Below are positions 8,638-16,951 of a stretch of 57,711 nt of DNA, piece by piece (position 1 is the stretch's first letter; each line of letters opens with the position of its first letter). The stretch is from a virus. Taxonomy: Duplodnaviria; Caudoviricetes. The position numbers and the translations under genes are program-made. The notes below the pieces were generated by a model that searched no databases, was not told where the DNA came from, and saw only the letters and a list, made by a program, of their open reading frames with translations. The stretch is from the IMG/VR virus record IMGVR_UViG_3300009506_000037, positions 1 to 57,711 of that record; one strand, given 5' to 3'.

Positions 8638-9124
8638 TTTGCAGCTCCACGATTTGTTTGCGGGCCCGGCCCAGCACTGCCACGATGTGGGAGACGTCCA
8701 CTTCTTGCGGCTTGCGGTTGATCAGTAGAATCAGATCTGTCAGGTAGGCGACCGAGTCATGGCGCTTCTGGAGGAATTCCAACAGTTCTCGCGGTGAACT
8801 CAGCTTGGCGGCCTTGCCTGAGGCTTTGGTTTTTTTGTACTTCCCGGTCGATGGCCACAGGTCGATGCCGTATTGCGGTAGACGCCAGTGATATTCTGAC
8901 AATTCGACAATGGTTACGCCGGCATCACGCAGGACTCTCCAGTAGCCTGCATGGGCATGGGCTCGCTTGGCCTGCTTCTCCATGCGCTTGATAGCCGCGG
9001 TATCGACGCTGCTTTCACCAACACAACCCGCACAGGAACGCGGGTAACCATCGCCTTCACCCAGATAGACACCGCACTCCTGACAGAGTGTGCCGTCCAG
9101 TATATCGTCAGCAACTTCGCCCAT
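8630..9124 (-). CDS. Zn-finger hypothetical protein
   Basis: MGEVADDILDG.LCQECG...PRSCAGC; GAGGA RBS. Confidence 0.7.
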   Translation of the reverse strand: MGEVADDILDGTLCQECGVYLGEGDGYPRSCAGCVGESSVDTAAIKRMEKQAKRAHAHAGYWRVLRDAGVTIVELSEYHWRLPQYGIDLWPSTGKYKKTKASGKAAKLSSPRELLEFLQKRHDSVAYLTDLILLINRKPQEVDVSHIVAVLGRARKQIVELQNG

Positions 9125-9148
9125 GATTCAGTCCTCTCAGAGTTATTA

Positions 9149-9311
9149 TGCCCTTAACGAGGAGGGCTGGCGATCAACCCCAGCCTTCCTCTAACCCCTC
9201 TTCCTACTCCGCCGTGGGAACACCGGCAGGGCTACGAGAGCTTAGATTTCGTGCGGCCTAGCAGGATGATCGTCTCCCCCTGAGTCGCACACATTCCCCT
9301 CGTTAAGGGCA
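9149..9311 (-). ncRNA. Candidate structured leader RNA closed by a 14-bp perfect stem
   Basis: TGCCCTTAACGAGG (9149-9162) is the reverse complement of CCTCGTTAAGGGCA (9298-9311); internal hairpins; - strand promoter just upstream. Confidence 0.55.
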
Positions 9312-9323
9312 CAGCGTCTTCAA

Positions 9324-9353
9324 AATGTAGAAGATGTTTCGACATTTTGCCAA
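9324..9353 (-). promoter_or_regulatory. Leftward promoter of the helicase operon
   Basis: TTGGCA-18nt-TACATT on - strand with operator-like half sites. Confidence 0.55.
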
Positions 9354-9710
9354 TCAAAATATTTTATGTGGCTATAAGCAAATACAAAACACATAGACAG
9401 ATCAGTCTTATTGACCGTTCGACATAGGGATCAGGTCAGGCCTGATACCTGTGTCGCGGAAAGGTCCGATTAATCCGCTTGCCTATCTACTGTCCACATA
9501 CTGGAATTGGGTGTTCGATTCCCACGGATCCAGCCACGCCGCTGAAGCATCCATGCCCCATGTCATAGTTGTGGTTTTAAGCGCCGGTCAAAGCGCAGGC
9601 TATTTCTTCTTCAAATTGTGACCCACGCAATCACCCTGCCGTTGGCTTACCCGTCGGGCTTGATATAGGGAATTCGAGGTTGACAGAACGTCGAGGTATG
9701 TAATAATAGA

Positions 9711-9792
9711 CGTGTCTAATCAACGGCTGGAACCCTGATCAAGACAATCAGAATAGCCCTTGCTCACTTCACGTGGCAAGGGCTTTTTTTTC
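9711..9792 (+). ncRNA. Candidate small RNA with its own promoter and terminator
   Basis: TTGACA 9680-9685 and AT-rich -10; hairpin TGTCT..AGACA; terminator AGCCCTTGC..GCAAGGGC-T8. Confidence 0.55.
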
Positions 9793-9820
9793 TTTTCCTC
9801 TATAGAAATTTTTAATGGGG

Positions 9821-10114
9821 TTATAAGCGAAGCTCATGCCACGGCACGTCGCCGCGGAGCTCCTCACGAGGGATGCCGGACTCTTCCTCGACATCTTCCA
9901 GATATTCCAAAGGGATACCGCGCTTGTCACGGTTCAGCCATGCCCAGATCTTGCTCGGGTCTACCTTGTGCCGGATACCACGACTGCGAAACCGCTCTGT
10001 CAGAGTCCGGCCCGCTTCGGCGAGCCCGCCCATCTTTTTGATGGCCTCGGCGCCCTTCAGCTGGTTTTGTTCAAAGACCTCGGACTGGTCCAGTGGTTTC
10101 AATTCATCGTTCAT
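9821..10114 (-). CDS. Cro/YdaS-like HTH transcriptional regulator
   Basis: AIKKMGG...IWAW....IP......EE.SGIPREELR.D pattern. Confidence 0.75.
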   Translation of the reverse strand: MNDELKPLDQSEVFEQNQLKGAEAIKKMGGLAEAGRTLTERFRSRGIRHKVDPSKIWAWLNRDKRGIPLEYLEDVEEESGIPREELRGDVPWHELRL

Positions 10115-10144
10115 TACTGCTTTTCCTCTGTTAGGGGTAAAAAA

Positions 10145-10187
10145 ATTGTAATCTACACTTGACGATTCGTCAATCGTCGATTATTAT
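10145..10187. promoter_or_regulatory. Back-to-back divergent sigma70 promoters sharing a palindrome
   Basis: + strand TTGACG(10159)-17-TATTAT; - strand TTGACG(10173)-17-TACAAT; palindrome TTGACGAtTCGTCAA. Confidence 0.8.
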
Positions 10188-10193
10188 TCCCAA

Positions 10194-10995
10194 CGTGCTC
10201 GGAACAATAAGCCATGGCGACATGGTGAATGGGGTAAAGCCAACATAGCCCCGCCTATTCGTAGGTGCCTCCGAGCAAGCTGAGTCCACGGGGTATGCCC
10301 CGGCCTTCGTTCCTGACGGGGGATAGTGACGAGTGATTAGGACTGCACTGGGCGTAATAATCAAAGGCCTTGGCCCATCGTGAGGTGGGCTGCAGTAGGA
10401 AAGCGAGTCATGATAGGACAAAGAGTAGGGCTGTAGTCAGAGCCGGCAGGTGAAGGCGAAGTCCAGACTGTTGCGGTCGAGGTCGAAGGATCTCAGTGGT
10501 CGCAGTAGAGCAGCTTAGTACCCGGCAGGAGAACAGCAGAAGGTGGGTGGCATATCGTCGGGGCAACCTGATGACACCACAGGGCAGCGCTCATCTTCGT
10601 TGGTTAGCAACGTAGCTCAATGGTAGAGCACACCCCTTGAAGGGTGCTGTTGCCGGTTCAAATCCGGTCGACGCATAAAAATGCAAAGACGCTGTCCGGC
10701 GTAGTGTGAAAGTGGCTTAAACCTGCGGCCTTCGGGTAACGCAGGGTCCCCAAAGTCGCAAGCTGAGGGGGCTCCGTGACGGAGAGCACTCGGGTCCTTT
10801 GGCCGGGAACCGGGGTATCGAGAGGGCGGAGTGGCGCTACGGAATAGGTCTATCGCCTGACCTGTAAACTAAACGGCAGTCATGATCTTGTACGCCAGCG
10901 TCACTTCGGTGGGTTGGCGTGGATAACCCGGCAACCGTGGGTCGCAAGCCTGCGGGTAATCTGGGGAAAGCGGGGCAATCGGAAATTGCTTAATC
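10194..10995 (+). ncRNA. Large structured ncRNA, GOLLD-like candidate
   Basis: About 800 nt with no credible ORF, directly behind a consensus promoter; many GNRA/UUCG-capped helices; embedded tRNA-like domain. Confidence 0.6.
10606..10676 (+). tRNA. Degenerate tRNA-like element (6-nt anticodon loop CTTGAA, mispaired acceptor stem)
   Basis: D arm TAGCTCAATGGTAGAGC; stem CACCC/GGGTG; T arm GCCGG-TTCAAAT-CCGGT; no CCA. Confidence 0.65.
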
Positions 10996-11021
10996 TCAGC
11001 ATTTCCATTTATACTAATCTC

Positions 11022-11549
11022 ATGGATAAATGTAAATCATCAATCTGTGAGAGAATGGCAGCGGCAGGATCTCGGGGGTATTGTAGGGGTCACTATCAGC
11101 GCCTACTACGCGGCACGTCACTGGATACGCCGGTAGGGAAAAACAACTATCAGCAGCCCGCGAGCACGCGCAGCTGCGAGGTCGATGGGTGCTCCCGCCC
11201 TCACTATGCGACCGGGTTATGCCGGCTACACTGGAGAAGGAAGCGGGAAGATAGAGATCTCAGCGCCCCGGTAAGGAAGTACGGGGAAGGCCGAAGCAAA
11301 ACAAGAGCCGGGTATATTTACGTGCTCGGCGACGACGGCAAGCGAGTTCTTGAACACCGCCTTGTGATGAGTCGGCATCTGGGTAGAGAGTTACTTGCCT
11401 CAGAAAACGTCCACCACATTAACGGAATCAAGGACGACAACAGGCTGGAGAACTTGGAGTTATGGACTACCTCCCAGCCATCTGGTCAGCGAGTCGCGGA
11501 TAGGCTTGAATGGGCTAAGAAATTCATCGAGCTGTATGACGTTTTTTGA
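11022..11549 (+). CDS. HNH endonuclease with N-terminal Zn-binding repeats
   Basis: EHRLVM...ENVHHINGIKDDNRLENLELW; two C-x4-C...GxC..H repeats. Confidence 0.9.
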   Translation: MDKCKSSICERMAAAGSRGYCRGHYQRLLRGTSLDTPVGKNNYQQPASTRSCEVDGCSRPHYATGLCRLHWRRKREDRDLSAPVRKYGEGRSKTRAGYIYVLGDDGKRVLEHRLVMSRHLGRELLASENVHHINGIKDDNRLENLELWTTSQPSGQRVADRLEWAKKFIELYDVF

Positions 11550-11700
11550 GTGTTTATGAAAGAGCGACGGGCACTGAAAAAAACCTTGTCCGCGCCATAC
11601 TACCGATAGCGCCCGGACGGCATGGCACACTTGGTGAGAGTTCTTCGGACAGCTCTGGCTAGGTAAACTCAAGGCGGGCAGCCGCTCTTTCATAAGCACT
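11549..11700 (+). ncRNA. Candidate structured RNA closed by an ~18-bp stem
   Basis: AGTGTTTATGAAAGAGCG pairs with CGCTCTTTCATAAGCACT. Confidence 0.5.
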
Positions 11701-11862
11701 TAATAGTTCGGAAGGCTGGCTGACATTCCTACTGTCGTTAAATCTTCCCACGCACGTGGAGAGCCTAAAGCGTGCCGCTGAGCTGGTAGCGTAATGAGAT
11801 GGTGCAGGGCCACGAGACGACCGGCAACCCTGCAAAACCTTTACAGAGAGAGGAGAAGAGAA

Positions 11863-12126
11863 ATGTTTCTCAAGTTCCACATCAGCGACAACACCAAGGT
11901 ACTGGTGTCTCATCGGAACGGGTTCACCAACCCGCGGATGGTCGACGTCGTTCATGAAGGCGACATCAAGACCTTTAACAAATTCCGGCAGAACCTGAGT
12001 CAAGGTGACTTCTGGTTGAACCTGTTGAGCGAAGGCGAAGGCCTGAACATCAACATCCCGGTTACCTTCCGCAATCATCAGATGGAATTCCCGCTGGGTA
12101 ACATGCCCCCGACTGCCAAAGTTTAA
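11863..12126 (+). CDS. Hypothetical protein
   Basis: AGGAGA RBS; MFLKFHISD... Confidence 0.65.
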   Translation: MFLKFHISDNTKVLVSHRNGFTNPRMVDVVHEGDIKTFNKFRQNLSQGDFWLNLLSEGEGLNINIPVTFRNHQMEFPLGNMPPTAKV

Positions 12127-12213
12127 TTTATACCCTCATAAAAAAATTTGGTTTGTATTATCTACACTTGTAGTACAGACTCAGAGGGTACTTAAACGAG
12201 AGAGGAGATCTAC

Positions 12214-12402
12214 ATGGCGCGTGCACGATATAAGACGTGGGGCGATTACCAGAAGCAGACCGTCCGCGAGTACAAACGAACCCCGACCCAGAGAAAAGCC
12301 AAACAGGTCATCATATCTCAGAATCGGGGGTCCGTGATTGTTAATCGAGAGGAGATCCCCAGCTTGATTAATGCTCTTCTCGCCATCGGAGATCTGAAAT
12401 AA
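12214..12402 (+). CDS. Hypothetical protein
   Basis: AGGAGA RBS; coupled to recT. Confidence 0.65.
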   Translation: MARARYKTWGDYQKQTVREYKRTPTQRKAKQVIISQNRGSVIVNREEIPSLINALLAIGDLK

Positions 12403-13343
12403 TGGCAGGACAAATTGTAGGCTGGAAACAGTCCATCGGCAAAGCGAAGCAGCGCTTCAAAGACATCTCCAAGATGGCCAACACCGGGATGGTGTGGGAG
12501 CGTGAGAGCATGTTCGCCCTGCAGGCTGTCAAGAAGAGTGACTTCCTGCAGAAGTGTAACACCGAGTCCATCCGTGATGCTGTGCTGAACGTGGCCAGCA
12601 TCGGTCTCTCCTTGAACCCGGCAGAGAAGCTGGCGTATTTGGTCCCGCGTGACGGTATCGCGGTACTGGATGTCAGCTATCAGGGCCTGCTCAAGCTGGC
12701 CACCGATTCCGGTTCGGTTATGTGGGCCAAGGTTGAGCTGGTCTACGAGAACGACGAGTTCGAATACCTCGGCATGAATACCATGCCACACTTCAAACCG
12801 TCTGACCCCTTCGATACTCACCGCGGTAAGCTGCGCGGCGCCTTCTGTGCCGCCCGCCTGTCGAATCAGGAAATGCTTATCGAGCTGATGGGGGTCGATG
12901 AAATCCACAAGGTTCGCGAGAAGTCCAAGGCCTACACCCGGAAGAAGGACGGCAAGCACAAGCCGTCCGGCCCATGGGTGGACTGGTACGAGGAGATGGT
13001 CAAGAAGACCGTCATCAAGCGCGCCTACAAGTCGTGGCCGAAGAGTATTCGCATGAGCGAGGCTATCGAGATCCTGAACCAGCACGAGGGTATCGACTTT
13101 GATACCTCCCCGGCCAGCAAGACAGAGGAAGCTGCTGTGCTGCTGGTCAATGATGCGCAGGCCAAGGAACTGACTGACCTCATAAACGCATCTCATGTGG
13201 ACATAAATAAAATTTATAAGGCGTTCGAGATTGAGCACCTGACCGATCTGCCTGCCGAGAAGTTCGGCGAGTGCAAGGCCCGGTTAAATGCCGCCAAAGA
13301 CGCATACGATAAGAAACATGCCAACAAGGGAGAACGACTCTGA
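12402..13343 (+). CDS. recT: RecT/Redbeta-family single-strand annealing protein
   Basis: GLSLNP...AYLVP...SYQGL; PW..WYEEM.KKTVIKR. Confidence 0.9.
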   Translation: MAGQIVGWKQSIGKAKQRFKDISKMANTGMVWERESMFALQAVKKSDFLQKCNTESIRDAVLNVASIGLSLNPAEKLAYLVPRDGIAVLDVSYQGLLKLATDSGSVMWAKVELVYENDEFEYLGMNTMPHFKPSDPFDTHRGKLRGAFCAARLSNQEMLIELMGVDEIHKVREKSKAYTRKKDGKHKPSGPWVDWYEEMVKKTVIKRAYKSWPKSIRMSEAIEILNQHEGIDFDTSPASKTEEAAVLLVNDAQAKELTDLINASHVDINKIYKAFEIEHLTDLPAEKFGECKARLNAAKDAYDKKHANKGERL

Positions 13344-14002
13344 TGCGCCAGCTGCAGGCGAGCAATCACCCTCAGGGAACTGAGGAATGGTTTCGTGACC
13401 GGCGTGGTCGTCTGACCGGGTCGGATATGCGGACCATCATGAACGGCGGCAACAGGTCGTGGATCACCCTGTTGGAGCGGAAGAAGCACGAAATCGAATT
13501 CCCCGATGAGGCGCTGGGGGACGAGGCTGATGCTCCGTCCTTGCGCTGGGGGAATGAGAACGAGCCCCGGGCCATTGCTCACTATGAGTTGATCTACAAC
13601 GTGGACGTGGAGCGGGTCGGCTTTGTCCCACATCCGACCGTGCCGTATGTTGGCTGCAGCCCGGACTTTCTGAACCGTGACGAGGGCGTGGTCGGCGAGA
13701 CGAAGTGCCCGTACAACGAGGAAGTGCATGCCATGACCGTGGTGCACGGCGCCGGGGTGCAGGAGTACAAACCCCAGATCCAGTGTGAAATCTGGGTGAC
13801 CGGCGCTGATGTGCTGCACTTCATCAGCTACGACCCACGGTACAGGGACCCGGCCAAGCAGCTGATCGTGATACCGGTCCTACCTGACGCGGCATACATC
13901 GAGAAGATGGAAGAAAAATGTGCCAAGTTCTGGGACTATCTGACCACTGATACCCGGCCGGCCGACTTCGGCGGGCTGGATGAAATACCGAAGCTGTTCT
14001 GA
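13343..14002 (+). CDS. YqaJ/lambda-exonuclease family nuclease
   Basis: QGTEEW...R.G.LT.S; WG...EP.A; SPD; ETKCP; QIQ. Confidence 0.9.
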   Translation: MRQLQASNHPQGTEEWFRDRRGRLTGSDMRTIMNGGNRSWITLLERKKHEIEFPDEALGDEADAPSLRWGNENEPRAIAHYELIYNVDVERVGFVPHPTVPYVGCSPDFLNRDEGVVGETKCPYNEEVHAMTVVHGAGVQEYKPQIQCEIWVTGADVLHFISYDPRYRDPAKQLIVIPVLPDAAYIEKMEEKCAKFWDYLTTDTRPADFGGLDEIPKLF

Positions 14003-14020
14003 AATCGAGAGGAGAGAAGA

Positions 14021-14713
14021 GTGGAAATTGTACCCCAAACGGCAGTAACCGAAGACCACGTGAACCCGCTGTCGGTGAATGCCGACCAGCTGGAAGAGCA
14101 GGTCAATCTGGCCGAAGTCAATAACGATGAGTCACTGTCCAAGGCTGGCGATCTGTACAAAATTATCGACACCCAGCTGAAGAAGGGTGAGGACGCACGC
14201 AAGAGTCTGGTGTCCCCGTTGAACAACCACGTGAAGTGGATCAACGCCCAGTTCAAGCCAATCAGTGACCGCCTGACCGCTATTAAGAATACCCTGAAGG
14301 GTAAGATGGACGGGTTCGTGGCCGAGCAGCGCAAGATCGCCGAGGCGAAGGCCGAAGAGGAGCGGCGCAAGGCTGAAGAAGAAGCCATGCAGCGGGCCTC
14401 CGAGCTCGAGCAACAGGGTGACGCTGAAGCCGCGGCCGCTGTGATTGACGCGGCCGCTGACCTGCCGACCACGGTTCCCAAGGGTGAAATCTCCCGCGGT
14501 AACTACGGCAGCTCCACATCCGCCCGGGTTGATTGGAAGGGCGAATGCGTGAACCTGCAAGAGATGTGTGCCGCCATTGGCCGTGGCGACCTGCCGACCG
14601 AGTTCGTGTCGGTGAATCAGGCCAAGCTGAATGCGTTTGCCACCAAGAAGAAGGTCGAGAAGACTAACTGGGGTGTGCGGTTGTACAAAAAGGTTTCCGC
14701 CTCTGTGCGGTAA
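14021..14713 (+). CDS. Coiled-coil protein of the recombination module
   Basis: Long helical ORF after the exonuclease; RK.LV.PLN motif. Confidence 0.7.
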   Translation: MEIVPQTAVTEDHVNPLSVNADQLEEQVNLAEVNNDESLSKAGDLYKIIDTQLKKGEDARKSLVSPLNNHVKWINAQFKPISDRLTAIKNTLKGKMDGFVAEQRKIAEAKAEEERRKAEEEAMQRASELEQQGDAEAAAAVIDAAADLPTTVPKGEISRGNYGSSTSARVDWKGECVNLQEMCAAIGRGDLPTEFVSVNQAKLNAFATKKKVEKTNWGVRLYKKVSASVR

Positions 14714-14721
14714 ATGGGTGT

Positions 14722-14839
14722 GTCGATTGTCTGGACCGAAAAACGAAGGGGTTCGAGTCCTCCGTCCTTGCTGAAGGTGAAGGGGTGAGTGTGAGCATTG
14801 CGCAACTATCACTCATCGGTATCAGCCCGGGCAATCGAC
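14722..14839 (+). ncRNA. Candidate structured intergenic RNA with a T-loop hairpin
   Basis: GTCGATTGTCTGG pairs with CCGGGCAATCGAC; internal GGGG-TTCGAGT-CCTC. Confidence 0.45.
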
Positions 14840-14859
14840 CTTAATTTTGGAGAATATTA

Positions 14860-15204
14860 ATGCGTGAAGTAACGGTCGAATCCAGCGCTCTGTTGGCGTC
14901 ATTGAAAGAAAATCGTGGTCAGCACGAGAAAGAATTCCGCCGCCTGAAACATGTCTACGTGGATACGGTGAAAGGCATCCTGACAAAGGCACTGGAAGAG
15001 CTGGGTGTCGGCGACATGCCTGTGTTGACGATTCCTGAGCAGCCACGCAGCCATCTGCGTGAATATGATCAGGCCATCCGGATGGTAGAAATGTCCACGG
15101 ACACCAAGATCACGCTGTCCAATCGCGAATTCGCTGAGTTCGTGATGGATGAGTGGGACTGGAAGCAGCAGTTTGACCTGATGAAGACCGCCTACGGCGT
15201 ATAA
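14860..15204 (+). CDS. Conserved phage hypothetical protein
   Basis: P.SH..EYD.AI.M.EMS...EF..FVMDEW.W motif. Confidence 0.75.
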   Translation: MREVTVESSALLASLKENRGQHEKEFRRLKHVYVDTVKGILTKALEELGVGDMPVLTIPEQPRSHLREYDQAIRMVEMSTDTKITLSNREFAEFVMDEWDWKQQFDLMKTAYGV

Positions 15205-15228
15205 GTATTTCATTAACTGGAGATATTC

Positions 15229-15687
15229 ATGACTACTAATGCAGATTTGCATGCCGCCTTGGAGCGTTTCGAAAGCGCCTATAACGAGGTGGCCGATATC
15301 ATCCACAGTACCGCCGTGGAAAAAGGCTGGTGGGAAAAGCCGCCGGGTTTCCATGAAATCGAACAGCTGATCATTGATGGGGCAGCAGATTCCAGCACCG
15401 CCAATCGGTTGCTCAAAGCGGTGCGCGACATGGCGGAGCGCAACGAGGCGGAAATGATTTGTCTGGAGCACTCAGAGCTGTCTGAGGCCCTCGAGGCAAT
15501 TCGTCATGGCAATCCCCCGGATGACAAGATCCCGGCCTTCACCAGCGTCTCCGTAGAGCTGGCGGATAACATCATCCGCATCATGGACCACGGTAAGGGC
15601 AAGGAACATGACGTCGCCGGTGCGCTGGTGGCCAAGATCCTGTTCAACATGACCCGTGCCTACAAGCATGGCGGGAAGAAATTCTGA
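15229..15687 (+). CDS. MazG-like NTP pyrophosphohydrolase
   Basis: HSELSEALEA.R...ELAD.IIRI.D...K..FN..R..KHGGK. Confidence 0.8.
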   Translation: MTTNADLHAALERFESAYNEVADIIHSTAVEKGWWEKPPGFHEIEQLIIDGAADSSTANRLLKAVRDMAERNEAEMICLEHSELSEALEAIRHGNPPDDKIPAFTSVSVELADNIIRIMDHGKGKEHDVAGALVAKILFNMTRAYKHGGKKF

Positions 15688-15962
15688 TGGAACAGTCCCG
15701 TATTGAGTCAATAGTCGAGCAAGTTTTGAACGTCGGTTCGGGGTGGATTCTGGCCCTGTTTATCTGGTCGTTCATCATTGCTCCGCGCTGGGGGTTTGCG
15801 GTCCACTTCGGTGACAACCTTGGAATCACCAGCATTTTCACTGTCGTTTCTGTGGTGCGTGGGTATGCGTGGCGTCGGTTCTTCAATGCGGGACTGCACC
15901 GTCTGGTTCATAAATTCGTAGGAGGTTTTTTTAATGGCCGGCGATCGACACAACGACGGTAA
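15687..15962 (+). CDS. Small membrane protein
   Basis: QSR.ES..E...N..G; IFTVVS.VRGY..RR.FN. Confidence 0.7.
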   Translation: MEQSRIESIVEQVLNVGSGWILALFIWSFIIAPRWGFAVHFGDNLGITSIFTVVSVVRGYAWRRFFNAGLHRLVHKFVGGFFNGRRSTQRR

Positions 15963-16275
15963 GCCGCGGCTCAGTTACGTGCTGGAAGCGCCTGACGCGA
16001 TCTCCGGCATTGCTGAGGTGATGCACCACTCAACCCTGAGCGGAAAGTATGCCCGGGGAAACTGGAAGCAGGGGCTGTCATGGACCGAGACCGCAGATAG
16101 TTTGCTGCGGCATCTGACAGCATTCGTTAACGGTGAGGACATTGATCCGGATAGCGGCAAGCCGCACGTGGATCACATTAGCTGTAACGCTCTGTTTCTC
16201 GGGCAGTTCCATCGGACTCACCGCCAATTTGACGACAGGACAAAGGTAATCGAGCATGATTCAGCCGGCGATTAA
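15934..16275 (+). CDS. dATP/dGTP diphosphohydrolase-domain protein (DUF5664-like)
   Basis: GK.R.S...KY...NW..G......SL.RH.....GE..D..SG..H..H..CN. Confidence 0.8.
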   Translation: MAGDRHNDGKPRLSYVLEAPDAISGIAEVMHHSTLSGKYARGNWKQGLSWTETADSLLRHLTAFVNGEDIDPDSGKPHVDHISCNALFLGQFHRTHRQFDDRTKVIEHDSAGD

Positions 16276-16951
16276 GGTACTGGACCACGGGCTGGTCCGA
16301 TTGGTGGACCATATGGGTAACGACCTGTCTATCGTGCGAAATGCACGAGTCTCCTACGACGCCGCGTGGCGGGCCGGGGAGAATAAGGACAGCGACACCC
16401 GTCTCATCAATTATCTGTACAAGAATGGGCACAATACCCCGTTCGAGGCGGTGACCTTCACCTTCGAAGTCAAGGCGCCGATCTTCGTATTCCGGCAATG
16501 GCATCGCCATCGGACCCAGTCCTATAACGAGGTGTCCGCCCGGTATAAGGAACTCCCTGAAGAGTTCTACGTGCCTGAACCGGAGAAGATCACCCATCAG
16601 TCCAGCGATAACAAGCAGATGCGTACCGACCAACCGGTCCAGCATGCTATTCAGGCGATGCAAATGATTCGCTTGCAGAACAAGAAGGCATTTGAGACAT
16701 ACCATGAGCTGCTGCAGCTGGGCGTGGCCCGAGAACTGGCCCGGTCCGTGCTACCGGTCGGCACATACTCGCACATGTTCGCTACCGTCAATCTGCACAA
16801 CCTGTTCAAGTTCATGCAGGAGCGCCTGCACGATCATGCGCAATACGAAATTCGGGTCTACGCCAAGGCGATGCTCGATCTCATCACGCCGATCGTCCCT
16901 GTGGCGACGAAGGCATTCATGGTACACACACTAGGCTGGAGGGAAAGCTAA
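16256..16951 (+). CDS. thyX: FAD-dependent thymidylate synthase
   Basis: [33 protein letters not shown]. Confidence 0.95.
   Translation: MIQPAIKVLDHGLVRLVDHMGNDLSIVRNARVSYDAAWRAGENKDSDTRLINYLYKNGHNTPFEAVTFTFEVKAPIFVFRQWHRHRTQSYNEVSARYKELPEEFYVPEPEKITHQSSDNKQMRTDQPVQHAIQAMQMIRLQNKKAFETYHELLQLGVARELARSVLPVGTYSHMFATVNLHNLFKFMQERLHDHAQYEIRVYAKAMLDLITPIVPVATKAFMVHTLGWRES

Noticed and set aside
10568-10574. CTGATGA inside the large ncRNA as a seventh hammerhead
   Set aside because: It forms the 3' strand of a GCAA-capped hairpin; no GAAA/stem III/UH in register
11735-11795. Pistol ribozyme (TTAAAT...AAGCG resemblance)
   Set aside because: Could not build the P1 loop pseudoknot, P2 and the G-U cleavage site in correct register
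10194-11850. Group I intron or IscB/omega-RNA system around the HNH gene
   Set aside because: No interrupted host gene or recognisable P7 core; the protein lacks PLMP/RuvC motifs
14744-14764. Full tRNA gene
   Set aside because: Only a T-arm is present; no D arm, anticodon arm or acceptor stem
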